Below are positions 62,907 through 64,000 of a stretch of DNA of 64,000 nucleotides, one piece after another (position 1 is the stretch's first letter; each line of letters opens with the position of its first letter). The position numbers and the translations under genes were made by a program. Source of the DNA: Patescibacteria group bacterium (lineage in GTDB: Bacteria > Patescibacteriota > Kazan-3B-28); assembly GCA_041389145.1 (NCBI GenBank), contig JAWKSK010000002.1, positions 3,311 to 67,310 on the forward strand. Reading direction: 5' to 3'. The notes under the pieces are model-generated. The model saw nothing but the letters and a program-made list of their open reading frames with translations, ran no database searches and had not been told where the DNA came from.

Positions 62907-63220
62907 TGACAGATGCAAAATGGGCAGAAGTCTTGGATCAAGTATCTGAGAACTTTGATGTAGAAGATCAGGGTAAGTATGAATTAGAGGATGTTCCTGG
63001 GGGAATGGTGGAATATGTTGAATTCGAATCCCCAATGGGCAAGGTGAGATTAGAAAGAAGTTCAACTCCTAGAGTTGAAGGAACCAAAGCTACTGGAGGT
63101 AGTAAGTATGGTGCAGGTTCTTATGTAGAGAAGGTTTACTCTGATACCGACGTAGTACACACCTTTAGTGCATTCAAGGAAGTAGACGGGGAGTGGGAAG
63201 CGTTCGAGTATGCAGGATGA
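62906..63220 (+). CDS. Acidic hypothetical protein
   Basis: SD GGAGG, translationally coupled to hisS and the next gene. Confidence 0.75.
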   Translation: MTDAKWAEVLDQVSENFDVEDQGKYELEDVPGGMVEYVEFESPMGKVRLERSSTPRVEGTKATGGSKYGAGSYVEKVYSDTDVVHTFSAFKEVDGEWEAFEYAG

Positions 63221-63890
63221 GCTAATTAGTGTTGAACGTCAGGAGGTGATAAAACTATCACCTAGTACTTTAAATTTGTATTTAGAGTGTCCAAGGTGTC
63301 TGTGGCTCAGTTGGCATCGAAAGATTAAAAGACCATCTGGAATTTTTCCATCATTGCCTGGGGGAATGGATTTGGTATTAAAAGAATATTTTGACCATTA
63401 TCGGGGTGGGGATAGTTTGCCACCAATTGTAGCTGATAAATTACCAGGGAAGTTAATGAATCCGCTGCCAAAAACCTTGATGTATAAAGATAGTCAAAGG
63501 CGAGCTATTCTAATTGGAAAACTAGATGATGCATTAGAAATTGGCGAAGGACTGCATTCTGTGATGGATCATAAGACCAGGGGATTTCCACCGAAGGATG
63601 GGATATTGTTTCCGTATCAATTACAGATGGACGTCTATGATTTCTTGATGCAAGAAAGTGGATTTCCAACAGACCACAGGGCCTATTTAGTGTATTACTA
63701 TCCAACTCCTGGTCAGTTGCACAATGATTTTCCATTTGTAGTGGAGGTGAAAGACGTATTGGCTAATCCAACTCGAGCTAAACAGGTATTTGAAGATACA
63801 GTGAAGATGTTGAGGGATAAGATGCCAGCTGCTAGTGATAGGTGTATATACTGTAATTGGGCAGAGCAGATAAATAATTTGGAGGTATAA
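63210..63890 (+). CDS. PD-(D/E)XK nuclease (RecB/Cas4-like)
   Basis: LSPSTLNLYLECPRC, GKLDD, MDHKT, QLQMDVY, C-terminal CIYC. Confidence 0.85.
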   Translation: MQDELISVERQEVIKLSPSTLNLYLECPRCLWLSWHRKIKRPSGIFPSLPGGMDLVLKEYFDHYRGGDSLPPIVADKLPGKLMNPLPKTLMYKDSQRRAILIGKLDDALEIGEGLHSVMDHKTRGFPPKDGILFPYQLQMDVYDFLMQESGFPTDHRAYLVYYYPTPGQLHNDFPFVVEVKDVLANPTRAKQVFEDTVKMLRDKMPAASDRCIYCNWAEQINNLEV

Positions 63891-63892
63891 AG

Positions 63893-64000
63893 ATGGGAGA
63901 TTCAATTTTTCATAAATTTGTCAGTGGGGAAGTGAAGCCAACAACAAAGGTGTATTTTAACGATGAAGATGCTTTGGCAATTGACTCAAATTCACCGCAG
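63893..64000 (+). CDS. Probable HIT family protein (5' part, cut by window edge)
   Basis: MGDSIFHKFVSGEVK...VYFNDEDALAIDSNSPQ resembles a HIT N-terminus. Confidence 0.55.
   Translation, partial: MGDSIFHKFVSGEVKPTTKVYFNDEDALAIDSNSPQ

Overview
This 64 kb window is mostly core chromosome of a small-genome bacterium. Gene content, a reduced HrcA, an unlinked 16S gene and many unknown membrane or secreted proteins point to Patescibacteria/CPR (inference; translation table 11). It carries tilS-ftsH-murJ, lepA, a CIRCE-controlled hrcA-grpE-dnaK-(lipoprotein)-dnaJ operon, a solitary 16S rRNA gene, seven tRNAs, recO, a Xer-type recombinase, cell-envelope genes, comEA-rsmD-recG, tyrS, tig-clpP, holB, rplK/rplA/rplJ/rplL split by dut-tmk-thyX, tgt, manC, secDF, recJ and hisS. 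No CRISPR array, IS element or prophage was seen. The unusual signal is architectural. (1) About a dozen unrelated orphan genes are scattered between core genes as self-contained promoter-SD-ORF-terminator units. (2) At least eight genes look leaderless, with a -10 box exactly 6 nt before the ATG. (3) A structured intergenic transcript carries a 14-nt complement to this organism's own 16S 3' tail with no ORF behind it. (4) An unlisted 56-aa Arg-rich gene sits behind a near-consensus promoter with three copies of a 10-bp motif. (5) An OLD-family ATPase-TOPRIM nuclease is wedged between tig and clpP. (6) A CYTH/P-loop kinase fusion lies divergent from an HTH-Nudix gene. All calls come from manual motif reading; no searches were run.
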